From positions 224,001 through 288,000 of the forward strand of contig CAVXXK010000003.1 of assembly GCA_963765675.1 (NCBI GenBank): a stretch of 64,000 nt of DNA. Direction: 5' to 3'. The stretch is from an uncultured delta proteobacterium. Its GTDB lineage: Bacteria > Desulfobacterota > Binatia > Binatales > Binataceae. This document shows positions 22,400 to 33,487 of this stretch, piece after piece; the first letter of the stretch is position 1, and every line of letters starts with the position of its first letter. A program made the position numbers and the translations under genes. The notes beneath the pieces were generated by a model. It saw only the letters and a list, made by a program, of their open reading frames with translations. It was not told where the DNA came from and did no database searches.

Positions 22400-23720
22400 T
22401 CAATCGTAATATTCGAGCCCCAGATGCGTGATTAGTTCTTCGCCGCGCATCCAGCGCAGCGTGTTCTTCAGCTTCATCAACTGGATGAAGATGTCGTGCT
22501 CGGGATAGACGTTGGGCGCGTGCATCGGGGCCTTGAAGTAGAACGACAGCCATTCCTGGATTCCGCGCATCCCGGCGCGATGCGCCAGATCGAGAAACAG
22601 CACAAGGTCGAGGACCAGCGGAGCGGCCAGAATCGAGTCGCGGCACAGGAAGTTGATCTTGATCTGCATCGGATAGCCGAGCCATCCGAAGATATCGATA
22701 TTGTCCCATCCTTCCTTGGCGTCGCCGCGCGGTGGGTAATAGTTGATCTTCACCGAATGAAACAGCTTGCCGTAAAGCTGCGGATAAAGGTCGGCCTGAA
22801 GAATCTGATCGAGCACCGAAAGCTTGGTCTCTTCTTTTGATCGGAACGAGCCCGGATCGTCGAGCACCTCGCCGTCGCGATTGCCGAGAATATTGGTCGA
22901 AAACCATCCCGACATCCCGAGCATCCGCGCCTTCAGGCCCGGCGCGATGAGCGTCTTCATGAAAGTCTGCCCGGTTTTGTAGTCCTTGCCGCACACCGGG
23001 ACATTTTTGTCCCGCGCGAGCTCGAGCAGCGCGGGCGTGTCGGTGGTGAGATTCGGCGCGCCGTTAGCGTATGGGATTCCGAGCTTCAACGCGGCGTAGG
23101 CGTAGATCTGGCTCGGCGCGATTTCGGGATCGTTGTTCGCAAGGCCGGCCTCGAAAGCCTTTAAGCGATTGATGCACCGCTGCGGGACGATGAAAAACCT
23201 CGGTCGAGCCGCACCAGATCATCACCAGGCGCGCTGCGCCGGTGCGTTCCTTGAAGCGCCGGATGTCGTCGATCAGCATCTCGGCCTTGTCCATCTTGGT
23301 CCGCGCTTCTTTTACATTGGGGCCGCTGATCCGGCGGATGTAATCGGGATCGAACACGGCATCCATCGGACGAATTTTTTCCAGCGGCTCGCGCACCTGC
23401 TCGAGCATCGCCGGCTCGAGCACGGCCGCATTGCGCGCGGACTGGTACGCGTTGTCCTCGAAAATATCCCATCCGCCGAACTCGAGATCTTCGAGCCGGG
23501 CGAGCGGAACGAAATCCTTGATCAGCGGAGTGCGGCCCTCGCTGCGCTTGCCCAGGCGAACCGTCGCAAGCTGGGTGAGCGATCCGATGGGGACGCCGAG
23601 TCCGCGTTTGACGGCTTCGACTCCGGCGATAAACGTGGTGCTGACCGCTCCGAGTCCGGGCAGCAAAACTCCGAGCTTGCCGTCCGCGGGCGCGATTCGG
23701 ACCGGATCTTTGGTAATCAA
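22400..23720 (-). CDS. ino1: myo-Inositol-1-phosphate synthase (frameshift near 23160)
   Basis: PGLGAVSTT, FGGWDI, WCGSTE; then GKDYKTGQT, WFSTNILGNRDG, RDSILAAP in a second frame. Confidence 0.9.
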
Positions 23721-23721
23721 A

Positions 23722-24057
23722 CTATCCCTTCTTGAAGCGCGAAGGATAATCGGCGTTAAAGGTTTGCTCGGGATGCATCTTGCGCGCGCGTTCGATCAGG
23801 ACTTCCTCGGTCTCGGGAATATTCGGATCGGGAATACAGCAATCCACAGGGCAGACGGCCGCGCATTGCTCCTGGTCGAAGAAGCCGACGCATTCGGTGC
23901 ATTTTGAAGGAACGATATAGTAGATATCTTCCTTGATCGCCGGGCTCGACGCGCCGTCGAGCTCCCACTGCGCTCCGCCTTCGTAGATCGCGGTATTGGG
24001 GCATTCGGGCTCGCAGGCGCCGCAGTTGATGCATTCCTCAGTGATCAGTGTGGACAT
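23722..24057 (-). CDS. YfhL-type 2[4Fe-4S] ferredoxin
   Basis: [12 protein letters not shown] and CTECVG...[10 protein letters not shown]. Confidence 0.92.
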   Translation of the reverse strand: MSTLITEECINCGACEPECPNTAIYEGGAQWELDGASSPAIKEDIYYIVPSKCTECVGFFDQEQCAAVCPVDCCIPDPNIPETEEVLIERARKMHPEQTFNADYPSRFKKG

Positions 24058-24164
24058 GATTCAGGCTCCCGGAACTCTCGCAGACCACGCGCGCTTGCGG
24101 GTCCGTTGTTTTCTTTATCGAACGGAAACAATATCGGCGCATCCGGACGCGGGCAAGGGCATCG

Positions 24165-25229
24165 TCACTGAACTACGGTTGGCGGCATCGCGGCGACCAC
24201 GCGCCGCGCGAGCTCGGTGAATGCGCGGCTCGCGGGATGATCAGGGCTTTTAATCACGAGCGGCATTCCGTCGTCGCCCGCACTGCGGAGGTCGGGATAA
24301 ATCGGAATCTGGCCGAGCACGCTTATCCCCTCTTCCGCCGCGATCTCCTCGCCGCCGCCGTGGCCGAAAAGCTCGTCGCGCTCGCCGCAATCGGGGCATG
24401 AGAAGTAGCTCATGTTTTCGACCACGCCCAAAAGCGGGCAATGCACCTGCCGGAACATCTTGACCGCGCGCATCGCGTCGAGCACGGCTACATCCTGCGG
24501 CGTGGTGACGATAATCACGCCGTCGATCGCGACCTGCTGTGCGAGCGTTAGTTGCGCGTCGCCGGTGCCGGGCGGCAGATCGACGATCAGGAAATCCTGC
24601 GTGCCCCACAGCGTGTCGCGCAGAAACTGCCGCACGGCGCCCATCACCATCGGGCCGCGCCAGATAACGGGCGCTTTCTCGCCCAGGAAAAAACCGATCG
24701 AGATCAGCTTCACGCCATACTTTTCGATCGGATAGAAATTCTGGCCGCCCGCCGACTTGGGATGCTCGTCGGTGGTGGCGAACATCATCGGGATCGACGG
24801 CCCGTAGATATCGGCGTCGAGCAGGCCGACGCTCAGGCCCAGTTGCGCCAGCGCGCAGGCGAGATTGGCGGCGACGGTGGATTTGCCCACGCCGCCCTTT
24901 CCGCTCGCGACGGCAACGATGTACTTGGTGCCCTCGAGACGGACGCGGCCGGTCTTCTCGCCGAGCTCGGGCTCGACGCGGCGCACGCGCAACTCGACTT
25001 TGGCGACGCCAAGATCGTGCGCGAGCGCATGATGCACCCGCTCGGCGACGCGCTGCATCACCTCGTCGCGCGAGGAGACCTGCCGAAGCGTGAGCGAGAA
25101 GCCGCTGCCGTCGGGGAGCGGCGTCACCTGCTCGACCAGGCCCAGCGTGGCGATATCGGCGGCGTAGCCCGGGTAGGCGACCCGGCCCAGAGCCTCGAGC
25201 ACGGCTTCGATTGAAACTTGTTGCGCCAC
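24165..25229 (-). CDS. apbC: Mrp/NBP35 (ApbC) Fe-S carrier ATPase
   Basis: SGKGGVGKST, DADIYGPS, WRGPMV, DLPPGTGD, ENMSYFSCPDC. Confidence 0.93.
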   Translation of the reverse strand: MAQQVSIEAVLEALGRVAYPGYAADIATLGLVEQVTPLPDGSGFSLTLRQVSSRDEVMQRVAERVHHALAHDLGVAKVELRVRRVEPELGEKTGRVRLEGTKYIVAVASGKGGVGKSTVAANLACALAQLGLSVGLLDADIYGPSIPMMFATTDEHPKSAGGQNFYPIEKYGVKLISIGFFLGEKAPVIWRGPMVMGAVRQFLRDTLWGTQDFLIVDLPPGTGDAQLTLAQQVAIDGVIIVTTPQDVAVLDAMRAVKMFRQVHCPLLGVVENMSYFSCPDCGERDELFGHGGGEEIAAEEGISVLGQIPIYPDLRSAGDDGMPLVIKSPDHPASRAFTELARRVVAAMPPTVVQ

Positions 25230-25535
25230 TTATATTATTGTCGCAGATACATTAGCGCTTTGAAAGTCATAGGTTCATTATCTGATATTTTCGCCATTTG
25301 CGAAACTTTCAGTTTATCGAGATAAAGTAAGGCTTAATTGCCTAAAATCAGTGGGTTCGTTTGGTCAGATTTTCCCTCGTTGAGCCGCATGGGCTTTTTG
25401 GGGCGAAAATAACAGCGCGGGATCTAAAAGCTCCGCGGCCACATCCTCCTCCGAAAGCTTGAAGCATCCGGTGCGCCAAAACAAGGCTGAACTGTTCAGC
25501 CTTCTAAAATCCGTGGATTAGTCTATAGGCGCGGA

Positions 25536-26546
25536 TCAAGTAGCCAGCGGCGCGAGGCGCGTCGCAATAACTGTGCGAGCTTCGTTGGCGATGCGGCGAA
25601 CAATCTCGCCGGCGGGCAGAACCTCGCGCACTTGGGTCACCGATTGCCCGGCGTACCACGCGAGTCCGCCGAGATCGCCATCCATCTCTTCGGACGGCGG
25701 CGAGACCGAGTAATTCGCAAGCGGCAGCTCGAGGCCCGGGCGCACGAGCTTTGCGCTCGACACACCTTCGCCCGGACGGCGGCCCGATTCCGGGCGGCCA
25801 GCGCGCTCCCATTCCTCGACCAGCGGAGTGCGCAGCGTGCGGTGCGTAGCGTCGGGCCATCCAACGTCGTAGAGCTTGGTATGAAAGGTCTCGGCGGCGT
25901 GCGCGGCGACGATGCGGCGCTTGTAGTCCGGATGCGCGGCGGATTCGTGCGAGGCGATGAAGCGCGTTCCGAAAACCGCGCCGTCGGCTCCCAGGGCCAG
26001 CGCGGCGGCGAGCCCGCGTCCGTCGGCGAGTCCTCCGGCCGCGAGCATCGGCAGGTCGCCGATCGCGTCGCGGACTTCGGGAACTAGCGCAAGCGTGGTA
26101 ACGATTCCGCGCACATGGCCGCCCGCCTCGAAGCCCTGCGCAATAATCGCGTCGGCGCCGGCGGCCTTCGCGCGGGCCGCCTCGTCGGCGGAACCGCACT
26201 GCCATACGACGGTCAGCCCAAGTCTTTTTGCCGCGGGAATCTGCTCGGCGGGATCGCCCCAGAAAAACGTGACAGCTTCGATCTTTTCGCGCGCGAGCAA
26301 TTCAAGCGACCCCGGTCGCATGAACGGAATCAGCAGATTCACGGCGATCGGCTTATTGGTGAGCGAACGCGCCAGCGAAATTTCAGACGCGATCGCTTCG
26401 AGATTGAATCCTGCCAGAGCAATGGTGCCGAGACCGCCCGCCTCAGAGACGGCGGCAGCGAGCCGCGCGTGCGCGACGGTGCCCATCCCGGCGGAGACGA
26501 TCGGGAGATCGATCTTGAACAGATCACAGATGCGGGTGTGAAGCAT
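25536..26546 (-). CDS. Nitronate monooxygenase/enoyl-ACP reductase II family protein
   Basis: PIVSAGM, QGFEAGGH, AAGGLADGRG, GTRF, AGQSV. Confidence 0.88.
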   Translation of the reverse strand: MLHTRICDLFKIDLPIVSAGMGTVAHARLAAAVSEAGGLGTIALAGFNLEAIASEISLARSLTNKPIAVNLLIPFMRPGSLELLAREKIEAVTFFWGDPAEQIPAAKRLGLTVVWQCGSADEAARAKAAGADAIIAQGFEAGGHVRGIVTTLALVPEVRDAIGDLPMLAAGGLADGRGLAAALALGADGAVFGTRFIASHESAAHPDYKRRIVAAHAAETFHTKLYDVGWPDATHRTLRTPLVEEWERAGRPESGRRPGEGVSSAKLVRPGLELPLANYSVSPPSEEMDGDLGGLAWYAGQSVTQVREVLPAGEIVRRIANEARTVIATRLAPLAT

Positions 26547-26976
26547 GCGCGTTCTTGTTGGACCTCGGTTTTCCGTTGCTTGACTGTGCGATTCTGGACG
26601 CTTTGTTTCGTCGTCCGGCAATTTCCTCGCGTGCGCGCCGGTTCGACTCAGCGGTTGCCGCGCGATCCGTCGCGAGATGACTGAACATGTATGACGTGAG
26701 GGCTTCGTTCATGAGCGTCTGATAGCCGCGTCCATGTGCCTTGAACCACCGCAACACATTGTGATCGATTCTGAGTGAAACAGGTACTTTTGGTCCCGGC
26801 AGAGAAATCACGGCGTCGCGCCAGACTCTCGCGGACATAATTGGTGGAGCGTCGGGATCGGCGGCCACCGCTTCCTCGATCTCGCGATCGGTCATCGAGT
26901 CGAGACGTTTGAAATCAGTCTTGCCTACCGCCCATCGGGACGTGCGGGTACGTCTGACGATACGTTCTGCGTTCAC
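26524..26976 (-). CDS. BrnA-family antitoxin
   Basis: ADPDAPP...KVPVSLRIDHNVLRWFKAHGRGYQTLMNEAL; probable GTG start at 26976. Confidence 0.82.
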   Translation of the reverse strand: MNAERIVRRTRTSRWAVGKTDFKRLDSMTDREIEEAVAADPDAPPIMSARVWRDAVISLPGPKVPVSLRIDHNVLRWFKAHGRGYQTLMNEALTSYMFSHLATDRAATAESNRRAREEIAGRRNKASRIAQSSNGKPRSNKNAHASHPHL

Positions 26977-27214
26977 TTCTGCTCGCCCTCCTGGCCGATA
27001 TAATCCGAAGATCGCCGCTGCGGAAGGTGAATGCAATGGTTATAAGCCGGCCCCCCACTTCGCCAACCATTAACATACGCGGTTCGCCATAATCACGTCG
27101 TAGATCGGGCCATTCCACGATGGGACCGTCAAATGCGCGAATCGCATAGTCGAAATCGATTCCATGCTTCTCGACGTTTGCGGCGTTCTTCGCAGGATCC
27201 CATTGGTAACCCAT
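26915..27214 (-). CDS. BrnT-family toxin
   Basis: YQWDPAKNAANVEKHGIDF...DYGEPR...RIISARRA. Confidence 0.9.
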   Translation of the reverse strand: MGYQWDPAKNAANVEKHGIDFDYAIRAFDGPIVEWPDLRRDYGEPRMLMVGEVGGRLITIAFTFRSGDLRIISARRASRSERRTYRQTYPHVPMGGRQD

Positions 27215-27235
27215 TTCGAGTGTATATACGTTATG

Positions 27236-28039
27236 TCAATACGTCAAGCGCTTGTGAGCCCTTATCGAGAGCGTCAGCGGGATCGGGTCGCCCTTGATGC
27301 GCCACCATCCGTCGGCGCCTTTGTGCATGAAGGGAAAGATCGAGAAGCAGCACACCGGATGCTCGTGCACGAATTCGATTTGCAGGCCCGCCTCGATCAG
27401 AGCCGTAACCACGCCGCCGGTGGTGTACATCCATTCGTGAGTGCCATGCGAGAGCGTGACGGAGTTGTCCGAGTAGTCCGGCCCCGGAGGAAAATTCTGC
27501 TGCGCGGTCTCGAAATATGAGATTCGCGATTTCAGTTCCGTGGGGTTGTCGGTGTCGAAGCACTGCGTCAACGGATGAAATTCCGAAATATAGAAAACGC
27601 CGCCAGGTTTGACGAAATGCGCCGCCACTTGCGCCCATCGCTTCAAATCCGGCAGCCAGCAGAGCGCGCCGTAAGAGGTGAACACGATATCAAACTGCTC
27701 CTTCAGCACTTTCGGCGCGTCGTAAACATCGGAGCAGACAAAAGTCGCGGGAATCTTGAGCTCGGCGCTTAACTTGCGCGCGGCGGCGATCGCCTGGTCC
27801 GAGAAATCCAGTCCGGTGACGGTCGCACCGAGCCGCGCCCAGGACATCGTATCCATCCCGAAGTGGCATTGCAGATGCAGCAGCGACTTGCCACGCACGT
27901 CGCCGACTTCCTCGCGCTCGATCGGATAGAGGTGAATCCCGCCCTTGCGGAAATCGTCCAGGCGATATCCCGCCGAGTTTACATGCACCGCGACTCTTTC
28001 GTTCCAGTTCGCGAGATTGATTTTCGTCCGATCATCCAT
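27236..28039 (-). CDS. Class I SAM-dependent methyltransferase
   Basis: LLHLQCHFGMDT, GLDFS, FDIVFTSYG; the track ORF's N-terminal extension comes from the upstream frameshifted gene. Confidence 0.87.
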   Translation of the reverse strand: MDDRTKINLANWNERVAVHVNSAGYRLDDFRKGGIHLYPIEREEVGDVRGKSLLHLQCHFGMDTMSWARLGATVTGLDFSDQAIAAARKLSAELKIPATFVCSDVYDAPKVLKEQFDIVFTSYGALCWLPDLKRWAQVAAHFVKPGGVFYISEFHPLTQCFDTDNPTELKSRISYFETAQQNFPPGPDYSDNSVTLSHGTHEWMYTTGGVVTALIEAGLQIEFVHEHPVCCFSIFPFMHKGADGWWRIKGDPIPLTLSIRAHKRLTY

Positions 28040-28053
28040 TGGCAAATGACTCG

Positions 28054-28474
28054 TTAAGGGCGTTCCGAGGAATAGTCCCACGAGATGACGCGGTCGGGCT
28101 TGAAACGCACGATCACGACCGGGCTGCCGCCCATCGCTTTGGCGTAGCGCTGGCCGGTTTTCGCGCCGAGATAATGCACCGCCATCCGCTTGAGGCGCGC
28201 GTCGTCTTTGGCTTCGGTCATCGTGACGCGGCCTTTCAGGATCACACATTTGTAGGGCGCCTTGCGCGTATCGACGACCAGCGTGATGCGCGGATCGTGC
28301 GCGAGGCATTTGTATTTGAACGCGCTCGCGGCGGTGTGAAACACGATCTTCTCCGGCGCGATATTCGTACCAGGTGGGCACCGCGTGCGGCGCACCGTCG
28401 GGCGCGGTCACGGCGACCACGGCGATTTGCGGCTCTTTCAGAAGCTTGTCGATTGCGCTTTTCTTCATCGGCAT
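28054..28474 (-). CDS. Pyridoxamine 5'-phosphate oxidase-like (PPOX class) protein (frameshift near 28355)
   Basis: IAVVAVTAPDGAPHAVPTWY, then KYKCLAHDPRITLVVD...ISWDY in another frame. Confidence 0.78.
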
Positions 28475-28617
28475 GGCGATAGATTCTCCTGTGTCTAAGG
28501 ATTGAGGGAGAATCCGCAGATTACGCGGATTCGCGTGATTAAGAAAATCGAGCGGCGCCGGCGTGTGATTCGTATTCCGTTGCTGTGCGTTCCACTGCCG
28601 CTGCGCGTTCTGCTGCC

Positions 28618-28748
28618 GTCATTCCCGCACCTGGCTGCCGCGCGAGGAATCTCGAATACTCGGCGAGCACTCCCACGCGGATGTTCTAAACCAGCGTTAG
28701 CGGAGTCCGGGATTCCTCACGCGCGGCAGCCACGCGCGCGGGAATGAC
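28618..28748. repeat. Inverted pair of GTCATTCC...GGAAT REP-like elements
   Basis: 28618-28653 is nearly the reverse complement of 28709-28748; relatives at ~30797 and 37292-37482. Confidence 0.65.
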
Positions 28749-28766
28749 ACCCTGAAAACGGCGTTG

Positions 28767-29567
28767 CTATTTTCCTTTGAAGACGGGTTTGCGTTTGGCG
28801 CGGAAGGCGCTGGTGCCCTCGCGGACGTCTTCCGACGGATTCGTGATCATCACGGAGAGCGCGGCGTCCTCGAGCGCGTTGGCGAGCGTCATCTCCTGCT
28901 GCTTGTACATCATGCGCTTCGCCATCCGGATCGCGAGCGGCGGTCCGTCGGCGAGCTGGCGCGCAAACTCCATCGTGCGCCTTTCGAGTTGCGCGTGTGG
29001 CACGACTTCGGTGACCAGACCCAGCTCGAGCGCGGTCTTGGCGTCGTAGACCTCGGCCAGCATCGTCATCTTGAGCGCCCGATCCATCCCCATAAAGCGC
29101 GGGAAGAAATATGCGCCGCCCTCGTCACACAGAAGTCCGAATTTGAGCGCGGTGTCGCCCAGGCGCGCCTGGTCGGACGCGATCCTGAAATCGCAACACA
29201 GCGCGAGCGTCAGGCCGCCCGCCACGGCAGCGCCGTTGACCGAAGCGATCACGGGTTTATCGAAGCGGTTGAGCGAGAGCACGAGTTGATGAAAGCCCTC
29301 GCGCATTTCCAGCAGATGGCCCATCGGATGGCCGTGGAAGCGCGAGCGGGTATCGGGCGAGCCGCTGATATCACCGCCGGCGCAAAAGGCGCGGCCGGTG
29401 CCGGTGATAACGAGCACGCGAACGGCATCGTCCTGGCGCGCGAGATCGATCGCGGCGAGGGTCTCCTTGACGAGCGGCTCGCTATAACCATTCATCCGCT
29501 CGGGCCGGTTCAGCGTGATCTTAGCGATCGCGTCGTGCGCGTCGTAGATGATTGTGTGGAAGTCCAT
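28767..29567 (-). CDS. Enoyl-CoA hydratase/isomerase
   Basis: ITLNRPERMN, AFCAGGDI, KPVIASVNGAAVAGG. Confidence 0.92.
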   Translation of the reverse strand: MDFHTIIYDAHDAIAKITLNRPERMNGYSEPLVKETLAAIDLARQDDAVRVLVITGTGRAFCAGGDISGSPDTRSRFHGHPMGHLLEMREGFHQLVLSLNRFDKPVIASVNGAAVAGGLTLALCCDFRIASDQARLGDTALKFGLLCDEGGAYFFPRFMGMDRALKMTMLAEVYDAKTALELGLVTEVVPHAQLERRTMEFARQLADGPPLAIRMAKRMMYKQQEMTLANALEDAALSVMITNPSEDVREGTSAFRAKRKPVFKGK

Positions 29568-29574
29568 TGGGCTA

Positions 29575-30189
29575 GTTTACCTCCGCCTGGCGGATCGTTT
29601 TGGTAAGCTCGAAATCAAAGCCTGCCGCAACCAGTCGCGGCAGTCTCTCGCGTTGATAGACGATCTTGCCGGCGCGCAGCTCCATCAGACGGATGGGCCG
29701 GAGGCGCGCGGACGAATTGTCGAGGAAGTGCGATTGGTCCGTTTTGAACCAGCCGCCTGTTTAAGATTCTGAAGGCTGCGCATGTACCTGCGGCGAATGT
29801 CCACTTCCGGCACATCGTGGCCACCCTTCGCCACGCGCACGCGGACGCGGCTTATCGCCAGTTCGAGGCTCCGAAGGCCGACGTAGATCAGCCCGATCCG
29901 GTAGTCGCGACTTTGGCGCGGATCCATGAGAGCAAGAATCGAATCGGCCAGCGAGAGCGTGGTTTCCCGCGCAAATTATCGGCCTGACGGACGAGCAACC
30001 GGGCTCGCGAGGATCGTCTCGATTCCCGGCGCGCTCGCTGCGTATCCCGACTGCGTAGCTCTGCCCAAGCCGAGCGGCGACCTCGTCAGGATTGAGCAGA
30101 TCCTCATTCCGAAGCCCGCCAACAACTCCCGCGCCGGTGGTGCTCTTGCCCGCGCCGTTTGGCCCGGCGATGAGCCACATCCACGGCAC
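29575..30189 (-). pseudogene. Zeta-toxin-like/predicted ABC-type ATPase, broken by several frameshifts
   Basis: IAGPNGAGKST and RVRVRVAKGGHDVPEVDIRRRY lie in different frames; 3' end approximate. Confidence 0.7.
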
Positions 30190-30199
30190 CTCTCCTCAT

Positions 30200-30800
30200 C
30201 GTGAGCATCTTCCACGCTGAGTTCTCATCGCGGATTGCGACTTTTAGCGGCAAATTCGATCCGATCGCCAGATCATGGAAACGGTCTGAGGGCGACTCCA
30301 AGTCGACGAACGGAAGCGTCGGCATCTCGCCGTCAACGTCGTAAACGCACATCGAGCGAGATGACCACCGATACCTTACCGAGCAATGGATTCTCGGGCC
30401 TGCGCGCGCGGATCCACTGTTTGGCGAGCGCCGGAATTCGCGACAACCCTGCGATTTACGTCGGGCAGAGGAGCGTCTTAGATCAGAAGATCATACCGTG
30501 ACGGGCTGCGGAGAGATGATGTCTCAGCTTCGGCAGCTTCTTGATGATCGCGTCCTCGAACCGAGCAACCCATATGCCGCTCGACCGCACCGTTGTTGGA
30601 TCCACCCGCGATCCGGAAAGCAAGAATGCGTAACCGTCGGGATGTTTCGCTCGGATCGTGGTCTTCTCTTGCTGAAATTCGGGACGTGGTGGCGCTTGTA
30701 ACCCCGATGCCGAATCGCTTCTCCTCTGCGTCGAACATAAAGTCTGGCGACTGATATTCGCTAATCTCCTCAATCGCGAACGAGGAAAAGGATTCGGTCA
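30200..30800 (-). pseudogene. Fragmented hypothetical gene (possible nuclease-like remnant)
   Basis: Overlapping ORF fragments including SPDFMF...FGIGVT; boundaries approximate. Confidence 0.3.
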
Positions 30801-30968
30801 TTCCCCGCAGCGCGACCAAAAAAAGGCCCAAGCAATAGCGCTTTTCCTGGCGTTTGCTGCGGCGGGTGCGCGGGGGGACGTTGCAGACGGCGCGCCAGAA
30901 TTTCTCGACGTCGGCTCGCGGGACCTGAAAGTGATGGATCTATCGTTTTCTTGCTAGGCACTTTGTCG

Positions 30969-31784
30969 TTACCGCCCCTTGAAAGTGGGTTCGCGCTTTT
31001 CGAGGAACGCTTTTACCGCTTCGCGATGGTCTTCCGTGCGGCCGGTCATGGTTTGGCCCCAGGCTTCGCGATCGAGCAGTTGGCGGAAGTCGTGACCAAT
31101 CGCTTCGTTCAGGTTCGCCTTCATGTATCCATACGCAACCGAGGGGCCGTTGCCGATTTTCTTCGCGAGCTTGGTCACCTCGTCGCGGAATGACGCCGCG
31201 GGAACGACGCGATTTACCAGACCGATCCGCAGCGCCTCGGCGGCGTCGATAATATCTGCCGTGAAATAGAGCTCGCGCGCCTTCGCCGAGCCGACCAGCC
31301 GCGTGAGCGACCAGGTGCCGCCGTAGTCGCCCGAGAAACCGACCTTCGCGAACGCAGTGCCAAGGCGAGCGTTGTCGGCCGCGATACGGATATCGCACGC
31401 CATCGCGAGGCTGAGTCCCGCGCCCGCTGCCGGTCCGTTGATCGCGGCGATCGTGGGCTTTGGCATCTCGTGCAGCATCAGCGAGGCTTCCTCGCCGTGG
31501 CGCAGTCCGGAGACACGATCCTCGATCGTCGGCGCGGGGCCGGTCGATTCGTTGCGCTCGCGCATCCCGCCAATATCGCCGCCCGCACAGAAGCCGCGGC
31601 CGGCGCCGGTCAGCACGACGCATCCGACGTTCGAGTCGTGCGCGGCCTTCCCAAGATGTTCGACCAGTGCGGACATCATCTCGCCGCTCATCGCGTTGAG
31701 TTTGTCGGGGCGGTTGAGCGTCAGGTAGAGCACGCGATCTTTCAATTCAGACAGAAGATGATCAGTAGCCATCGTAGCCTCCAA
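30969..31784 (-). CDS. Enoyl-CoA hydratase/isomerase (PaaG-like)
   Basis: LTLNRPDKLNA, GFCAGGDI, PKPTIAAINGPAAGAG, DYGG. Confidence 0.92.
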   Translation of the reverse strand: MEATMATDHLLSELKDRVLYLTLNRPDKLNAMSGEMMSALVEHLGKAAHDSNVGCVVLTGAGRGFCAGGDIGGMRERNESTGPAPTIEDRVSGLRHGEEASLMLHEMPKPTIAAINGPAAGAGLSLAMACDIRIAADNARLGTAFAKVGFSGDYGGTWSLTRLVGSAKARELYFTADIIDAAEALRIGLVNRVVPAASFRDEVTKLAKKIGNGPSVAYGYMKANLNEAIGHDFRQLLDREAWGQTMTGRTEDHREAVKAFLEKREPTFKGR

Positions 31785-31825
31785 ACCGATGCGGTTGTTT
31801 ATGCTTTCGTGGTGATGAATTCGTA

Positions 31826-32692
31826 CTACTTCAAGGCGGCGATAGTGTCGAGTGCAGCGGCGAGCGCCTGGGTGCCGTCGAGATCATGGCCCATCGCGGC
31901 GGCGGTGTTGAACATCGAGGCCGCAAGCCGAAGGCCCGGCAGCGCGATACCCGCGTCGCGCGCTGCCTCGGCAACCAGGCGCAGGTCCTTGCGCACCAAC
32001 TTGATGAAGAATCCCGGCGTCCAGTCGCGTGCGATGATCTTCGGTCCGAGCGCCTTGAGCTGCCATGAGGCCGCGGCACCCGCGCCGATCGCTTCGAGCA
32101 CGCGCGCGGGATCGAGTCCGCCCGCGCTCGCGAGGCATAGCGCCTCGGCGGCGGCCTCGAGCGTGACGGCGACCGCGACTTGATTGCATAGCTTGGTCAT
32201 CTGTCCTGCGCCCGACGGTCCCATCAGGGTCACGCGATGCCCCAGATGCTCGAGGATCGGGCGCACGCGCGCGAAGGCCTCCGCGTCTCCGCCGGCCATG
32301 ATTGTCAGCGTGCCGTCGCGCGCGCCGACGTCGCCGCCGGAGACAGGAGCGTCAATGTAATCGGTGCCGCGCGCACGCAGACGCGCCGAGATCGCGCGCT
32401 CGGCGGCGGGCGCGATCGTGCTCATGTCGACAACAATCTGCCCGGACGCAAGCACTGGCTCTATCTTGGCGACAACGGCTTCGACGTCGGGCGTGTCGGG
32501 CACCATGATGAAAACGATCCCAGCGCCGGTCGCGGCCAGCTCGGGATCGGCGGCGACGATCGCACCGTCAGCAGCGAGCGCGCGCGCTTTTTCGGGCGAG
32601 CGATTGAAGACCCGCACGCGATGCCCCGCCGCGATAAGTCGCCGCGCCATCGGCGCGCCCATGATTCCAGTTCCAATCCACGCGATTTCCAT
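31826..32692 (-). CDS. 3-hydroxyisobutyrate/tartronate semialdehyde dehydrogenase family
   Basis: WIGTGIMGAPMA, DAPVSGG, GAGQMTKLCNQ. Confidence 0.92.
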   Translation of the reverse strand: MEIAWIGTGIMGAPMARRLIAAGHRVRVFNRSPEKARALAADGAIVAADPELAATGAGIVFIMVPDTPDVEAVVAKIEPVLASGQIVVDMSTIAPAAERAISARLRARGTDYIDAPVSGGDVGARDGTLTIMAGGDAEAFARVRPILEHLGHRVTLMGPSGAGQMTKLCNQVAVAVTLEAAAEALCLASAGGLDPARVLEAIGAGAAASWQLKALGPKIIARDWTPGFFIKLVRKDLRLVAEAARDAGIALPGLRLAASMFNTAAAMGHDLDGTQALAAALDTIAALK

Positions 32693-32758
32693 GAAGCGAT
32701 TGTAGATCAGAATCAGCTCGGATCAGGAATCCATAATTTCTGCCCTGTCCGGATTTGT

Positions 32759-33013
32759 CCCTCTCCCTACAGGATTGGGAGAGGGCAGCGCGGCGCGGCG
32801 ATTGCTCCTTTCAGCAATCGCCGCGCCGCGCGGGTGAGGGGCCGACGGAATTAAATTCCTGGATTACTGAACATCCGGCCGACGGATGAATCGCAGTAAG
32901 GGTTCTGCTTGGCGCTCCATCGTGGCGACGACTCGCGAGCAAAGATTCCTTGCTGTCGGTCCCTCACCCGTCGCGCTGCGCGCGACACCCTCTCCCAATC
33001 TTTTGGGAGAGGG
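32759..33013. repeat. Two oppositely oriented CCCTCACCC...CCCTCTCCC-GGGAGAGGG palindromic elements
   Basis: Copies at 32759-32841 (-) and 32961-33013 (+), each with internal hairpins. Confidence 0.75.
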
Positions 33014-33042
33014 AATCTTTCTGGAGAGGGAATTTCAGGCGG

Positions 33043-33429
33043 TCACTGCGATTTTTCCGCGGATGCGGGCGACGTGGGAGAGGTCGTGCTCAGGAAGGCG
33101 AGCGGAGCCCATAGCGTGAAGACGACTCCCAGCGCCGGGCGATGCCACATCCAGATGAGGCCGTACAAAATGAAGATTGCCGCGAGCGCCGCATCGAGCG
33201 TCGTGTTGCTCGCGCCGATATCGTTGCCAGTGCGCCCGAGCGTCCGCGCGGCCAGCATTGCAACGAGCAGGACAATCCCGACGATCACGTAGCTCGCGCC
33301 GTGCGGCCATGCGATCGCGAGAAACAGGACCGTGAAAAGAATCAGGCCGCCGATTCCTACAATCTGGAAGCTTCGGCGCGTTTGAAGAAGATAGACGAAA
33401 GGCTCGAAAGGCCCCGGGTTGATTCGCAT
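33043..33429 (-). CDS. Hypothetical membrane protein
   Basis: 128 aa, four hydrophobic segments. Confidence 0.55.
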   Translation of the reverse strand: MRINPGPFEPFVYLLQTRRSFQIVGIGGLILFTVLFLAIAWPHGASYVIVGIVLLVAMLAARTLGRTGNDIGASNTTLDAALAAIFILYGLIWMWHRPALGVVFTLWAPLAFLSTTSPTSPASAEKSQ

Positions 33430-33487
33430 CGCCGCCCTACTCTACTCGACGCGCGACCCGGCGCAACGTCGCGGACCTCCAGGTGTA

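Noticed and set aside
25230-25500. AT-rich gap as replication origin or ncRNA
   Set aside because: No DnaA-box cluster or convincing RNA structure; more simply the apbC promoter region (contains TTTATC-GA-GATAAA), regulator not assignable.
27236-28474. PPOX-methyltransferase fusion (412-aa track ORF)
   Set aside because: Artefact of a frameshift in the PPOX gene reading into the methyltransferase frame; the methyltransferase has its own ATG at 28039.
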